The notes under the pieces are model-generated. The model was not told the origin of the DNA. It made no database searches and worked only from the letters and a program-made list of their open reading frames with translations. From IMG/VR virus record IMGVR_UViG_3300008120_000397: a DNA stretch of 37,918 bases; one strand, written 5' to 3'. A program made the position numbers and the translations under genes. Below, piece by piece: positions 37,867 through 37,918 of the stretch (positions are counted from its first letter, which is position 1; every line of letters begins with the position of its first letter). The stretch is from a virus.

Positions 37867-37918
37867 CAATACAGCGCCACGATACTCGTTGCTGTGGTCG
37901 CCGCCATCACGCGCCGCG
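37805..37918. repeat. Terminal direct repeat, identical to 1-114
   Basis: 114/114 nt identity with the window start. Confidence 0.95.

Noticed and set aside
1-37918. Prophage or integrative element features (integrase, att sites, CI repressor).
   Set aside because: None was recognised. The only end repeat is the 114-bp contig-closure overlap, which lies inside coding sequence and is not an att-type core flanked by host DNA.

Overview
The window appears to be a complete genome of about 37.8 kb from a high-GC, podovirus-like phage. The host is probably an alphaproteobacterium, because the phage encodes a GcrA homologue and a GTA-type 3-TM holin. Bases 1-114 are repeated exactly at 37805-37918, so the contig closes on itself with a unit length of 37,804 bp.

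The genes form three blocks, and nearly every junction is a start/stop overlap (ATGA, TGATG or TAATG).

(i) A minus-strand early operon runs from a divergent promoter region near 11.75 kb down to 2377. It encodes a Cro-like HTH, an HTH/Zn-ribbon protein, GcrA, a sigma-70 region-4 protein, a chain of tiny membrane ORFs, a VRR-NUC nuclease, a prim-pol/helicase with an adjacent iteron/palindrome cluster, DUF551, an Acr/Aca-like cassette, and a stand-alone 218-aa class II aminoacyl-tRNA-synthetase-like core.

(ii) A plus-strand operon spans 11873-17307. It encodes a 31-unit pentapeptide-repeat protein, a PD-(D/E)XK exonuclease, a ParB/DGQHR protein and several small unknowns.

(iii) A minus-strand late operon runs from 2051 across the contig junction to 17450. 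In order it encodes a possible TerS, TerL, a small protein, LamG protein 1, a membrane protein and the portal. A six-gene accessory block follows, including LamG protein 2 and a 20-aa tandem-repeat protein. Then come scaffold, major capsid, decoration protein, adaptor, tail hub, a GNAT, three internal virion proteins, the tail fibre, an ART-like protein, holin and an M15 endolysin.

I recognised no integrase, tRNA, rRNA, CRISPR array or reverse transcriptase.

The best candidates for something new are:
- the minimal aaRS-like enzyme together with the structured 325-nt untranslated region downstream of it;
- the Acr/Aca-like cassette;
- the near-perfect pentapeptide-repeat (DNA-mimic-like) protein;
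- the chain of micro-ORFs;
- the repeat-protein/LamG accessory block inside the head-gene module.

All functional calls rest on motifs read by eye. No database search was run.
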